Below, one piece after another: positions 1 through 12,332 of a DNA stretch of 64,000 nucleotides. The stretch is taken from NCBI GenBank assembly GCA_951406725.2, contig OX597814.1, positions 111,476,001 to 111,540,000 on the forward strand. The letters are read 5' to 3'. Every line of letters starts with the position of its first letter. Position 1 is the stretch's first letter. Both the position numbers and the translations under genes were made by a program. The notes beneath the pieces are model-generated. The model ran no database searches and was not told the origin of the DNA. It worked only from the letters and a program-made list of their open reading frames with translations. Source of the stretch: Octopus vulgaris (lineage: Eukaryota).

Positions 1-1740
1 CGATTTTGGTTTTACTTGACTCAACAGGTCTTCTCAAGCATATCTTATCACCCGATGCATCAAGGGTACTTTTAAATGGGCTGGACATGCAACACTGGCA
101 TCGGCTATGGCTGCAATTTCTGTTTAGTTGCCAGGTATTCTCAATCACAGCATATCTCCAAAGGTCCTGGTCTCCTGTCATTGTCAACGTTTGAAGGTCA
201 TGCTTTACCACCTCATCCCATGTCATCCTGGTCTACCTCTACCACAGGTTCCTTCCACAATGATGGTGTGGCACTTCCTCACACAGTTGTCCTCATCCAT
301 ATATAACACGTGACCATATCAGCACAGTCATCTCTCTTGCAAACCACATTTGATGCTTCTTATATCCAACTTTTCTCTCAGGGTGCTTACACTCTGTCAT
401 GTGTGCACACTGACATTACACACCCAGTGGAGCATACTAGTTTCATTTCTTTCAAGCCTACGCATGTCCTCAGCAGTCATGGCCCATGTTTCACTGCCAT
501 GTAGCATGACTGTTTGCACCCATGAATCAAACAGTCTACATTTCATCCTGAGCGAGAGGCCCTTAGTTGCCAGCAGAGGTAGGAGCTCCCTGAACTTTGC
601 CCAGGCTATTTTTATTCTAGCCACGACACTCTCAGAGCAACCACCCCCACTACAGACTTGATCACCTAGGTAGTGGAAGCTATCGACTACTTCTGGTAGT
701 GACTCAGCTATTAGAGCAAAGTCATCAGCATAGAAGAGCTCCCAGGGGTGGCCTGTCTTGAATTTCTGTTATTGCCTGGAGGACTATGATGAATAAGAGG
801 GGGCTGAGGACTGATCCTGGGTGAACCCCTACTTCTACTTGGAATTCTTCACTATACTCACCTTACTGACAGCATCCCTGTACAGGGCTTGTACAGCTGT
901 TACCAACCACTCATCTAACCCCAGTTTCTGCACTGACCACCAGATAAGGGATTGGAGAACCCTGTCAAAAGCTTTCTCCAAGTCAACAAAAGCCAAGTAC
1001 AGAGGTTTATCTTTGGCTAGATATTTCTTCTGGAGTTGCCTTACCTGAAACATAGCATTGATGGTGCTTCTGCCTGGCACAAAACCAAACTGCATGTCGT
1101 CTAGGCTAACTCTCTCCATTATTTGTTGGGCTATAACCCTCTCTGTAACTTTCATCACCTGATCCAATAATTTGATACCCCTGTAGTTATTTCTATCTAA
1201 AGCATCACCTTTACATTTGTAGCAGGTGACTATGGTACTGCTACACCAGTCATTGGGTATGACTCCTTCATGAACCTCCTGATTTACGATGTGCATGACA
1301 AGACCATAACCAACACCACCCAATATTTTAAGCATCCCAACAGTGATTCTTGATGGGCCAGGTGCTTTCCCTGTCTTCATATCCTTAATTGCTTTATCCA
1401 CCAGGTACTGTCAATTCAGGTAGCTGGTCCTTCAATTGTGTCAACCTTTGGCAGACTCTCCTCCTCCCATTCATTCTCCACGTTCAGCAGTCTTTCATAA
1501 TGGCATCTCCAAGCCTCTTTCTTTGCAGAATCATTAAACGCAAGGGCACCTTCATCCATGCGGACACACTTCTCTCCTATGACATCATGGTTTTCTCTCA
1601 CACACTGTCTTACAACCTGAAATACTTCAGTTTTTTGGTCCTCATGTTGCTGAACATTGGCAAACTTCTTTTCTGCTACTCCCTTGGCTATCTGATACAG
1701 CCCCCTGCTATCCCCCGCCTCTTCCAGGCCTGTTTATTTG
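1..1740 (-). mobile_element. Degenerate RTE-clade LINE (ORF2 reverse transcriptase fragments plus start of 3' UTR)
   Basis: ORFs 1416-1601, 835-1401 (KAPGP..., NYRGIKLL, QFGFVPGRST, AFVDLEKAFDRV) and 397-624 (ARIKIAWAKFREL...LHGSETW). The LFYADD motif is at about 720-740. Frameshifts and deletions present. Confidence 0.93.
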
Positions 1741-2074
1741 CTCTGATGATCCAGAATTATTTTAGAGAAAATAATTCAGAATTATTTTAGAGAAAAATAT
1801 GAAACATGTACATAGATGTAGCCAAGAAACAAGGTCAGTCATTTTAGTTGGCAGAACAAACAAGAAAGAATTATTTTAGAGAATAGTATGAAATCTGTAT
1901 ATATATGTAGCCAAGAAACAAGGTTAGTAATGTTGCGAGTTAGATGGTTTGAATGAATGAAGCGATTAGCAGTGAATAATATAAAAACTGAGGATTATCT
2001 TGTTTAAATGCACAAAATTCAATAGTGTTAGTAGTGATTGACAAGAAATGAATATCATCAAAGTTTCAGTCATA

Positions 2075-2898
2075 CTGGGATGAGGTGGTGAAGCACGACC
2101 TTCGAACATTGCACCTCACTGAGGCAATGATAAATGATTGAAACCTTTGGAGATATGCTGTGCTTGAGAAGACTCAGCAAGCCAAGTGAGACCATAGCTG
2201 TGATGTATGCCAGTGCTGTATAACCAGCCCATTTAAGGGTACCTTTCAATCATTAGAGGCGGTGAGCTGGCAGAAACATTAGCATGCTGGGCGAAATGCT
2301 TAGCAGTATTTCATCTGCCGTTACGTTCTGAGTTCAAATTCCGCCGAGGTCGACTTTGCCTTTCATCCTTTCAGGGTCGATAAATTAAGTACCAGTTATG
2401 CACTGGGGTCGATGTAATCGACTTAATCCGTTTATCTGTCCTTGTTTGTCCCTTCTACGTTTAGCTCCTTGTGGGCAATAAAAAGAATAAGAGTACCTTT
2501 CAATCATTAGACAATAAACTATGCTTGTGAAGACCTGTTGAAGCAAGTGAAATTGCTGTTGTGGACGATGACAGTACCACCTGATTGGCACCCATACCAG
2601 TGGAACGTTTGAAGCACCATTTGAGCGTGATTGTTGCCAGGGCTGCTGACTGGCTCCTGTGCAGGTGGCATGTAAAAAGCACCATTTGAGCACAGCTAAT
2701 ACCAGTACCGCCTGACTAGCACTCATGCCGGTGGCACATAAAAGCACCCACTACACTCTCGGAGTGGTTGGCGTTAGGAAGGGCATCCAGCTGTAGAAAC
2801 TTTGCCAGATCAAGATTGGAGTCTGGTGCAGCTTTCTGGCTTGCCAGCCCTCAGTGAAACTGTCCAATCCATGCCAGCATGGAAAGCGGATGGTAAAC

Positions 2899-2954
<56 letters not shown>

Positions 2955-2975
2955 CGATGATGATGATGATGATGA
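2075..2975 (+). mobile_element. 5'-truncated RTE LINE: ORF2 C-terminus, full 3' UTR and (GAT)n tail
   Basis: WDEVVKHDLRTLHLTEAM...LWRYAVLEK is followed by the UTR ending GGAAAGCGGATGGTAAAC(GAT)n. This links the abundant short (ATC/GAT)n-tailed repeats to the RTE LINE. Other tails at about 8665-8965, 10992-11278, 12888-13490, 14780-15186, 20868-21165, 37890-38143, 40975-41403, 43980-44325, 47886-48550, 51470-51720, 55245-55775, 59170-59380 and 62400-62950. Confidence 0.85.
2258..2492 (+). mobile_element. tRNA-derived SINE with Nin/Deu-type central domain, inserted in RTE UTR with 19-bp TSD
   Basis: Head GGCGGTGAGCTGGCAGAA...GAGTTCAAATTCC, then GCCTTTCATCCTTTCnGGGTCGATAAA. TSD GTACCTTTCAATCATTAGA at 2239-2257 and 2493-2511. 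Other copies at about 3760-3970, 5160-5372, 6960-7500, 13076-13326, 29990-30185 and 51722-52150. Confidence 0.85.
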
Positions 2976-3559
2976 GGAGGAGGAGGATGACATACATACA
3001 TACATACATACAACAACCACAGCAACAACATCAGTGCTGATAGCAATAATGTCTCCAGTAATAACAGCTATACAAATACCAACAGTAAAAAAGGATCACC
3101 ATAGCAGTAACAACAACATCAACACTGGCAACCGAAAAACAGAAATAGCAATAATAATTGTAATATAAACAATGAAAGGATTGGCAGTTGAAGCAACAAC
3201 AACAACAACGACCCAAATGGCTGAATTCCTGAACTCACATCCTTTTATATTTTAATTCTTCTCCCATTTTTATTCGTTTATTTCATTGGCAATTAACAAA
3301 TTATCATACTAAGACAAATAGATAATTTAATGGATTCTTTTCATAACTTTTATTTTCATTGGTAAATTAATTAGTTTTTTTTTTCTTTTTTACCCTCCCT
3401 CCATAGTTTATTGAACAGAAGCAAACATTCTCACACAAATGACAGTTCTGTTCTCGCAAACACAAAAACAGAAGAGGTAAAGCATACAATTATAATTTGC
3501 ATAAATTAGTTTCATTTGATGACAATGATGTCAACAGTGACACTGATGTCAATGACAAA

Positions 3560-3624
3560 ATAATGATGACGATGATGATGATGATTGAAATAGAAATAAT
3601 AATAATAACAACAACAACAACAAC

Positions 3625-3662
<38 letters not shown>

Positions 3663-3664
3663 TA

Positions 3665-3705
<41 letters not shown>

Positions 3706-3712
3706 AATAATG

Positions 3713-3743
<31 letters not shown>

Positions 3744-3759
3744 CAACAATAATAATAAT
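3560..3759. repeat. (AAT)n/(AAC)n microsatellite
   Basis: Direct read. Similar tracts at 18036-18125, (TA)n at 15187-15253 and 18708-18805, (TATG)n at 16060-16390, and mixed TG/TA at 19550-19893. Confidence 0.95.
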
Positions 3760-4144
3760 CCTTTCTGCTGGAAGCACAAGGCCTTGAATTTGGGGTGGGG
3801 GGATTAAGTCGATTACATCAACCTCAGAGCGTAACTGGTACTTATTTAATCGACCCTGAATGGATGAAAGGCAAAGTCAACCTCAGTGGAATTTTAACTC
3901 AGAACGTAACGGCAGATGAAATACCACTAAGAATTTTGTCCAGCATGCTAACAATTCTGCTAGCTCACCCACTTCTAATAATAATAATGATAATAATAAT
4001 AATGATAATAATAATGTTTTCAAAATTTTGGCAGAAGGCCAGCAAATTGGGGCTTGGGCAAGTTAATTACCTAAACCCCAGTCCTCAACTGGTATTTATT
4101 TTATTGACCCCCAAAAGGTAGATGAAATGCTGCTAAGCATTTTT

Positions 4145-4259
4145 CCCAGGTTCGAAATTTCCCCAAGACACCTGATGAAGGCTGGAGAGTATATCAGCTG
4201 AAACATTGTGTTAACAACAAACAAGATGAGGACAAATATCCATCAAATGTAAATAATGT
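4145..4259 (+). mobile_element. 5'-truncated hammerhead-SINE copy
   Basis: GACAC-CTGATGA-AGGCTG...CAGCT-GAAACATT-GTGTT at 4167-4212, followed by the family 3' end. Confidence 0.75.
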
Positions 4260-5481
4260 CATGATGGCAATGTCAACAAATAATAATAATAATCTACTAT
4301 CATAATACTCTTGTGTTTTTCTCTGTCACAACATATGAATGGGGAAGGAAGAGGTGATAGATGAATAAGGAAGGAAGGGGTGATGGCAAACTGGTAGTGG
4401 GATGGTGAACATTCAACGCTGAAAAGAAAAATCAAACAGCGTTTCAACTGTGAGTATATGTGTGTGTGCGTGTACAAGGGAAGTATGTGAAGATTTGTAT
4501 GTGTGAACTAGTGTTCTTTCGGCAACAAATGATGATCGATGTCACATCTCAAAAGACAACCACTTGATAACATTGACAAGTGTATTAATTTGATTTACCA
4601 TCCATATTTATATATATAATACTATAGTTAGCCATCATTTTTGGCAGCACTGGGCCGGCTCGTAATAATAATAATTCTGCTTGTCCCCTGTTACTTAGCT
4701 CATCTGTAACACTTCCACACGACTAGCTGGGCAGGGGGAGGAGTGAGGGTAATATGTAATTCTTTTTTTTTAAGTAAGTTTTTTGTCCTCTGTTACTTAG
4801 CCCATCTGTAACACTTTCACATGATTAGTTGAAGGGAATGGTGAAGAATGAGAGAAAAAGGAAAGAGAAAAAGAGGGTAAGGTGAAGAGTGAGAGAGAAA
4901 GAGAGAGAGTGTTGTGTATTAAGTCTATAAAATTGTGCATGAAGTATATAAGGTGTATATATAAAGTGCATTAAGTAATCATCCTATTCCAATTTTCTCC
5001 ACTTTTCAATGATTAACAGATGAGTGACTATCTTTTGGTACAGACAAAACACATGCTACGCTTTCTGGTTTTTCGGACAAAGTTTTCAAAAATAACCCAA
5101 AGGGTTTAACATTAATTCAGTGAAATATTAGCGGGTCTTGCCAGTAATGATAATAATAATCCTTTCTACTATAGGCACAAGACCTGAAATTTGTTGGAAG
5201 GTGGCTAGTCGATTACATCAACCCCAGTGTTTCACTGGCACTTAATTTATCAACCCCAAAAGGATGAAAGCGAAGTCGACCTCGGCAGAATTTGAACTCA
5301 GAATATGCAGACAGATGAAATATCACTAAGCATTTTTCACAGTGTGCTAATGATTCTGCCAGCTCATCACCTTAGTAATGATAATAATAATAAGTTATAC
5401 TCAAGGTACAAGGCCTTGAAAATTTTTGGGGAAGGGGGCTAGTCGATCACATCAACCTCAGTGCATAACTGGTATTTATTT

Positions 5482-6115
5482 CAGCTCTATATTTAAGAGA
5501 TGAGGAATTATGTACATTATTTACGTTCGATGGATATTTGTCCATATCTTGTTTGTTGTTAATACAACGTTTTGGCTGATATACCCTCCAGCTTTCTTCA
5601 GGTGTCTTGGGCATATGGCGCATATGGCGTAATAGTTAAGAGCGTGGGCTACTAACCCCAAGATTCCAAGTTCAATTCCAGGCAGTGACTTGAAGCTTGC
5701 TTACTAACCACATGGTTCCGGGTTCAGTCCCACTGAGTGGCACCTTGGGCAACTGTCTTGTACTATAGCCTCGGGCCAACCAAAGCCTTGTGAGTGGATT
5801 TGGTAGACGGAAACTGAAAGAAGCCCGTCGTATATATGTATGTGAGTGTGTATGTTTGTGTATCTGTGTTTGTCCCCCCAACATCACTTGACAACCGTTG
5901 CTGGTGTGTATACGTGCCCGTAACCTAGCGATTCTGCAAAAGAGACCGACAGAATAAGTACGAGGCTTAGCATCGAAAAAACCTTACGAATGAGAACCCA
6001 GGTTTGAAATTTCCCCAAGACACCTGAAGAAGGCTGGAGGATATATCAGCTGAAACGTTGTGTTAACAACAAACAAGATGACAAATATCCGTCAAATGTA
6101 AATAATGTAAATAAT
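5482..6115. mobile_element. Hammerhead-SINE with inverted 5' partial copy, interrupted by a CORE-like SINE (5693-5970)
   Basis: Minus arm 5482-5610, plus-strand head 5609-5692, plus-strand 3' part 5971-6115. Flanked by GGTATTTATTTC / GGTACTTATTTC. Confidence 0.75.
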
Positions 6116-6344
6116 GGTACTTATTTCATTGGCCCTGAAAACATGTATATAAATACATAGTGAAACTAATAGAAATGAAACTAATATATATATACACTGT
6201 GAAAGTAACTGAAATTGAAACCATACACACACGCATATATATTTTATATAATCATATATAATATATATGTGTGTGTGTGTACATATTTATATATATATAT
6301 ATATATATATATCTTTGCTACTCTAGGCACAATATATATATATT

Positions 6345-6377
<33 letters not shown>

Positions 6378-7530
6378 ATATTGTAATGTTGACAACAATG
6401 ATGATGATTCTTGTCATGATTGTTACCACCACCTCCATCACCACCACCACCGCCGCCGCCACCACCACCACCACCACCGCTGCCACCACCGCCACCACCA
6501 CTGCCGCACTGCCGCCGCTGCGCCCCCCCCCCCCCCTCGCCACCACTGCCACACACTGTTTCTTTTGCTATTAGAAACCAAAGTGAGTGATGACAACTCA
6601 GTTTGACTCCAATCGTAGTCAGCAAAACTCTATGTTGACACATATAAAGGTTATGAACACTTGCAATGCAATTAAACCAAGATAACTCCAAACACGTTAT
6701 ACTTATGCAGAATATAACTGTGTGCAAGTGTTTAGTTTACACCAAAACTTTTAGGTAGTAATACACTAAAGAAACAACAGGTTCATTCGACAGTGGTTTT
6801 CACTCTGTTTTAATCCTTTTGACAGCAACCCACCTGAAACCACTTCTGGCTCCATAGTACAGACTTTCCGCTTTAAAAAGATCTAAATTAAGCAGAGACA
6901 GGAGTGGTTGTGTGGTAAGAACTCTACTTCACAACCACATGGTTCTGGGTTCTGTCAAACTCTGACCACTGGGTGAAATGCTTAGCGGCATTTTGTCTGC
7001 CGCTACGTTCTGAATTCAAATTCCACCAGGTCAACTTCGCCTTTCATCCATTCGGGGTCGATTAAATAAGTACCAGTTACACACTGGGATCGATATAATC
7101 GACTTAATCCATTTGTCTGTCCTTGTTTGTCCTCTCTGTGTTTAGCCCCTTGTGGGTTGTAATGAAATAGGTATTTCATCTGTCTTTACGTTCAAATTCC
7201 ACCAAGTTCGACTTTGGCTTTCATCCTTTTGGGGTCAATTAAATAAGTACCAGTTATGCACTGGGGTTGATATTATCAACTTAATACGTTTGTTTGTCCT
7301 CTCTGTGTTTAGCCCCTTGTGGGTAGTAAAGAAATAAGTATTTCATTTGTCTTTATGTTCTGAGTTCAAATTCTGCCAAGGTTGACTTTTCCTTTCATCC
7401 TTTTGGAGTTCGATAAATTAAGTACCAGTTGCATATTGGGGTTGATCTAATCGACTGGCACCCTCCCCAAAAATGTCAGGCCTTGTGCCTAGAGTAGAAA
7501 AAAAAAGTCTATAGCCTTGGGTTTATCAAA

Positions 7531-7783
7531 GACTGCTTCATCAAATTACCACATTTCAGTGAAAGCATAACCACAGCTATCCTCAGAGCTATCTGCAATG
7601 AAGGACTGGATGTACAGTTAGCACACTCCAGCCCTTCTCTGCATCAACCAACATCTTAGCTTTACCATTAAAGCCAGTGATAGAAATGTGGGCAACTTAA
7701 GAATTAAGGAAGCCTTGCCCATACATAGATTCAACCCACAAATAATTAAGAGATTAGAACTCAGCACACAGTACTTGGCATGA
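7531..7783 (+). mobile_element. Penelope-like element ORF remnant (linker plus GIY-YIG endonuclease C-terminus), internally deleted
   Basis: DCFIKLPHFSESITTAILRAICNEGLDVQLAHSSPSL, then in another frame HLSFTIKASDRNVGNLRIKEALPIHRFNPQIIKRLE, resembling the PLE C-terminal LxIxEAlxIxxxxPxLN motif. Confidence 0.7.
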
Positions 7784-8541
7784 AATATCCCACCCACAGG
7801 CACACAAGAAAGAAAACTGATTTGCAAAATACTATTCTTTTATTTGTTTCAGTCATTTGACTGTGGCCATGCTGGAGTACCGTCTTTAGTCGAGCAAATC
7901 CACCCCAGGACTTATTCTTTGTAAGCCTAGTACTTATACTATCGGTCTCTTTTGCTGGGGACATAAGCACACCAGCATCGGTTGCCAAGCAACGTTGGGG
8001 GACAAACACAGACACACCATGATGATGATGATGATGATGACCTGATTAAGTGTTGGCTGATATAAATTCCCTTAAGTAAGATGTAATTGACATTTTAGAT
8101 TGAATTGATTGAACTCTAATTTGTGATGAATTCTTCATCAATAGACTCAGAAAGATTTAACCTCTGTTTCTTCATAATGTTGTAGAGAAACTCCCTAATG
8201 GAGAGTTAAGCCACAGCTCTCAGATTTTGTCAGCCTAGAAACTTGAACTAATGTATTTCCATAAAAAAGAAAAGTGTCACCTGGAAAGGTATTAATGCCT
8301 ACACGAGTAGGGCTTAACCAATCAGCATTGACTGGTTTTGAAGCAAACTTCAAAGGAAACATGTCATTTTTCTTGTCAAACAGTTTGGCTGAAGATTAAT
8401 GAAGTTTGCTTACAGCTATAAAAGCTGGCAAATTCAACCACAGGCCAGAGAGTCTTTCAGCCATCAAGGAGAATTTGTGCCACTTTTCTCACCAAGTTAA
8501 TCTCCCTCCACCTCACTTTCTTATGTTATATGCTTTTATCG

Positions 8542-9148
8542 CAGAAGTTCTTAAACTTTTTGGGCCACCGCCCCCCCTCATGGTCACATAATACCCTCAG
8601 TGCTCCCATCCCTATTTTTATGTATAAATAAATATTTTATATTTTACTAATTTATGTATACTACAAGGTCATTGCCAGTGCCACTGGACTGGCTCCTGTG
8701 CAGGTGGCACGTAAAAAAACACCATTTGAGCATGGCCATTGCCAGTACCACCTGATTGGCCCTCGTGCCAGTGGCATGTAAAAGCATCCACTACACTCTC
8801 GGAGTGATTGGCATTAGGAAGGACATCCAGCTGTAGAAACTCTGCCAGATCAGATTGGAGCCTGGCGCAGACATCTGGTTCGCCAGTCCTCATTCAAATC
8901 GTCCAACCCATGCCTGCATGGAAAGCGGATGTTAAACGATGACGATGATGATGATGATGATGATATGAATCATTTGATATTTAATATAATATAATATAAT
9001 TTATATACAATACTATAATAACGTTATAAAATATATTCATAGCATCCCTCAATTACTGCCTTCCTCCAAACGCCTCCTTTTTCTCTACCGCTCCCTTAAG
9101 CACCAGCGCCCACCTGGATAGTCTTAATGCTCACTTTGAGAACCTATG
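8542..9148. mobile_element. hAT-like MITE interrupted by RTE tail
   Basis: Ends CAGAAGTTCTTAAAC / CTTTGAGAACCTATG resemble CAGnGGTTCTCAAA TIRs. Confidence 0.4.
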
Positions 9149-9590
9149 TTCTATCATATATAACAAAAGGCACCACCTTAACATGTATCATTGAGTGACA
9201 CACATTAATTATATGCAGTAATTTAAATTCCTTTCGTTGCTTTCATAATATTATCCAGCATGTTATACGACAGGAGATTCCTAACTATTATGTTCATTAA
9301 TTTATTGGAAGTACATTTGTAAATACCATGATACAGGTTAATAAAATATTTGAAAATTCAATTAAACTTCAATGCGGCCATTATCTACACACACACACAC
9401 ACGCACACAGCCCACCCCACAGTCTGAACAGCCAGTGAAGAACATATAACTAACACCTACTCTAAACTGGTAATGGTTTGGTAAGTCTATAGAATGACTC
9501 TACAGTTCTCATTAATCTGTTTATATAATACAGATGTAATTTATTAAATATAACAAAAAAATAATTTATAAATACAACAAAAAATAATAA

Positions 9591-9968
9591 TATGCCCTTG
9601 GGCATATGGCATAGTGGTTAAGAGTGTGGGCTACTAACCCTAAAATTCCGAGTTCGATTCCAGGCAGTGACCTGAATAAGAATAATAATAATAATAATAA
9701 TAACAATAACAATAATAACAACAACAACAACATCAAAAAAATACCTTAGGAACGAGAACCCAGTTTTGAAATTTCCCCACGACACTTGATGAAGGCTGGA
9801 GGGTATATCAGCTGAAACGTGTTAACAACAAAGATGAGGACAAATATCTATCAAATGTAAATAATGTACATAATTCCTCATCTTTTAACTAGCCTATGGG
9901 CATATGGTGTAGTGGTTAAGAGTGCAGGCTACTAACCCCAAGATTCCGAGTTTGATTCCAGGCAGTGA

Positions 9969-10006
<38 letters not shown>

Positions 10007-10150
10007 TTGAAAAATATCTTAGGAATGAGAACCCAGGTTCGAAATTTCCCCAAGGCACCTGATGAAGGCTGGAGGGTATATCAGCCGAAACATTGTGTTA
10101 ACAACAAACAAGATGAGGACAAATATCCATCAGTTGAAAATAATGTAAAT
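9591..10150 (+). mobile_element. Two tandem copies of a tRNA-headed SINE carrying a hammerhead motif
   Basis: A-box TGGCATAGTGG, B-box GTTCGATTCC, (AAT)n linker, then GGCAC-CTGATGA-A-GGCTG..CAGCC-GAAAC (10054-10099 in copy 2). Confidence 0.8.
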
Positions 10151-10308
10151 AAAAAAATCATTATTGGAAAATTCTCTGACAAAGCAGATTCAGTTTTCAT
10201 TATCAGTTAAATATGACAAAAAACAAAACTTAATTACTACTTCTTATATTGAAGTTGAAACAACTATCTTTCTTTGATTTGATGAATACTTTATCATTTT
10301 TTAGTCTA

Positions 10309-10685
10309 CAGGGTGATTCAAAAGTCGCCATACATAGGAACAATTTATTTTTTTTATAAGAGACAGTTTATAAGAACAGCTTCTTTTTTTTATTTAACAA
10401 GCTCTATATGGTTACCATTGTTTTGAATACACATTGCAGCACATTTACCCAACTCATTGCACACTCGTAATAGCACATCTGGTGATACGTGTGCAAATGA
10501 GTTGGTGATGCGTTCCTTCAAATGCTTTATGTCTTTTGTATTTCTGCGATACACCATCTCTTTCAAATGCCTCCAAAGATAGAAATCAAGAGGAGTCAGA
10601 TCAGGAGATTTAGGGGATATTATAAATTGTTTCTTATAAAAACATAAATTTTTCCTATATATATGGAGACTTTTGAATCACCCTG
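10309..10685 (-). mobile_element. Tc1/mariner deletion derivative with TIRs and TA TSD
   Basis: TA|CAGGGTGATTCAAAAGTC ... GACTTTTGAATCACCCTG|TA. The minus strand encodes SPDLTPLDFYLWRHLKEMVY (transposase C-terminus). Confidence 0.88.
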
Positions 10686-11599
10686 TATTTACTTTTGGTT
10701 TTCAGCTTGGGATTATTTGGTGGAACTTAGTTAAATGAAGGGCTAAGCTAACTGAGTAGTTAAGATATTCTTTTGTTCTTTTATTTGCTTCAGTTGTTTG
10801 ACTGCGGCCATGCTGGAGTATCACCTTTAGTCGAACAAACTGACCCCAGGGCTTATTCTTTGTAAGCCTAGTACTTGTTCTATTGGTCTCTTTTGCCAAG
10901 CCGCTAAGTCATGGGGGACATAAACACACCAACATTGGTAATCAAACAATGATGGTGGGGACAAACACAAAGACACAAACATATACAAACATTATCATCA
11001 TCACCGTTTAACGTCTGCTTTCCATGCTGGCATGGGTTGGACGTTTTGATTGGGAACTGGCAAGCCAGGAGGCTGCACCAGGCTCAGTCTATTCTGGCAG
11101 TGATTCTGCAGCTGGATGCCCTTCCTAATGCCAACCACTCCAAGAGTGTAGTGGAGGCTTTTTATGTACCACTGGCATGGGAACCAGTCAGGCGGCACTG
11201 GCATCAGCCATGTTCAGATGGTGCTTTTTACATGCCACCAGCATGGAGAGCCAGTCAGACGGCACTGGCAATGACTCATGCACACACACACACATATATA
11301 CGATGAGCTTCTTTCAGTTTCCATCTACCAAATCCACTCTCAAGGCTTTGGGTTGCCTGAGGCTATAGTAGAAGACACTTGCCCAAGGTGCCACATAGTG
11401 GTACTGAACCTGGGACCATGTGGTCGGTAAGCAAGCTACTTACCACACAGCCACTCCTGCGCCTAGTATGTAGTTATTAAAACTGTCAAACATAATTGCT
11501 TTATTATAATATGTATATTTGCAACTACATACAAACTTTGAAGGGTTAAGACAGATAAATCAACACCTTAATTTATCTTTCCTTTAAACTATTTTTTTT

Positions 11600-12332
11600 T
11601 TACATTTATATATTTGTTGTGCAAGATTTTTTATGTGAAGTCGTGTGTTGAAACAGACATTGTTGTATTTCGGAATGGTCATTTTACCAGTTTAGCCAAT
11701 AAAAACACATGCACTATATATTTGGTGTTTCTTTGCTTCAGTGTTATTTGTTTTTTACATTAATCTTAATCATATTTCGGCCAGAGGTCTTTCGTCACAC
11801 TCCTGTGACCTCATCAGTGGTCCTTTGCTTTCTTCTTTCTTATTTGTGCGTCTCTCCTTACTAACCGTCAGCCATTTTGTATTTCTATTGTATGTCTTCA
11901 TTTGCGCATGCGTATATCTCTATGTGCGTCTATGTTTAGTTAGTGTGTATGTGTGTGTGGGGGAATGCCTGTAATATTTGTATCTTCTGTTTATATACAT
12001 TCATGTAATTTGTTTTTGTTTTTGTTTATTCTTTTTTTTCTTTTTCTCTTTTTTTTCTTTCTTTTTGGGGAGTGACAGATGTTAAGAGATGGGGATTGAG
12101 GTGAATACAGAGAATGAGGGACATGGATGGAGGCATGTTTAATGGTGAATTTCAGTTTGATGGTGGTGGTGGTGGAAGTGAAGTGAAGGCAAAAGGACTG
12201 TGTTGAAATACAGGTTCAATCAACAGATTAATGTAAAAAATAAATATCACTGAGGCAAAGTAACACCAAATATATAGTGCGTGTGTTTTTATTGGCTAAA
12301 CTGGCAAAATGACCATTCTGAAATACAACAAT
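11600..12332. mobile_element. Fold-back (Penelope pLTR-like) element
   Basis: Inverted arms 11659-11766 / 12225-12332, with a hammerhead motif inside. Confidence 0.65.
11779..11823 (-). ncRNA. Type-I hammerhead motif in fold-back element
   Basis: Reverse complement: GGACCA CUGAUGA G GUCACA-GGAG-UGUGAC GAAA G-AC-C UC UGGCC. Confidence 0.65.

Noticed and set aside
2751-3787. Poly-Ser/His/Asp/Ile/Leu ORFs
   Set aside because: Translations of (GAT)n and (AAT)n microsatellites.
6215-6727. His/Thr/Gly-rich ORFs
   Set aside because: (TA)n and (CCA/CCG)n simple repeats.
8040-8530. Unique-looking segment with a ~65-codon open stretch on the minus strand
   Set aside because: Bounded by stops, with no convincing splice sites and no recognisable protein.
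9601-9672. tRNA genes
   Set aside because: The A/B boxes belong to SINE heads. No intact acceptor stem, and each is followed by a family-specific body.
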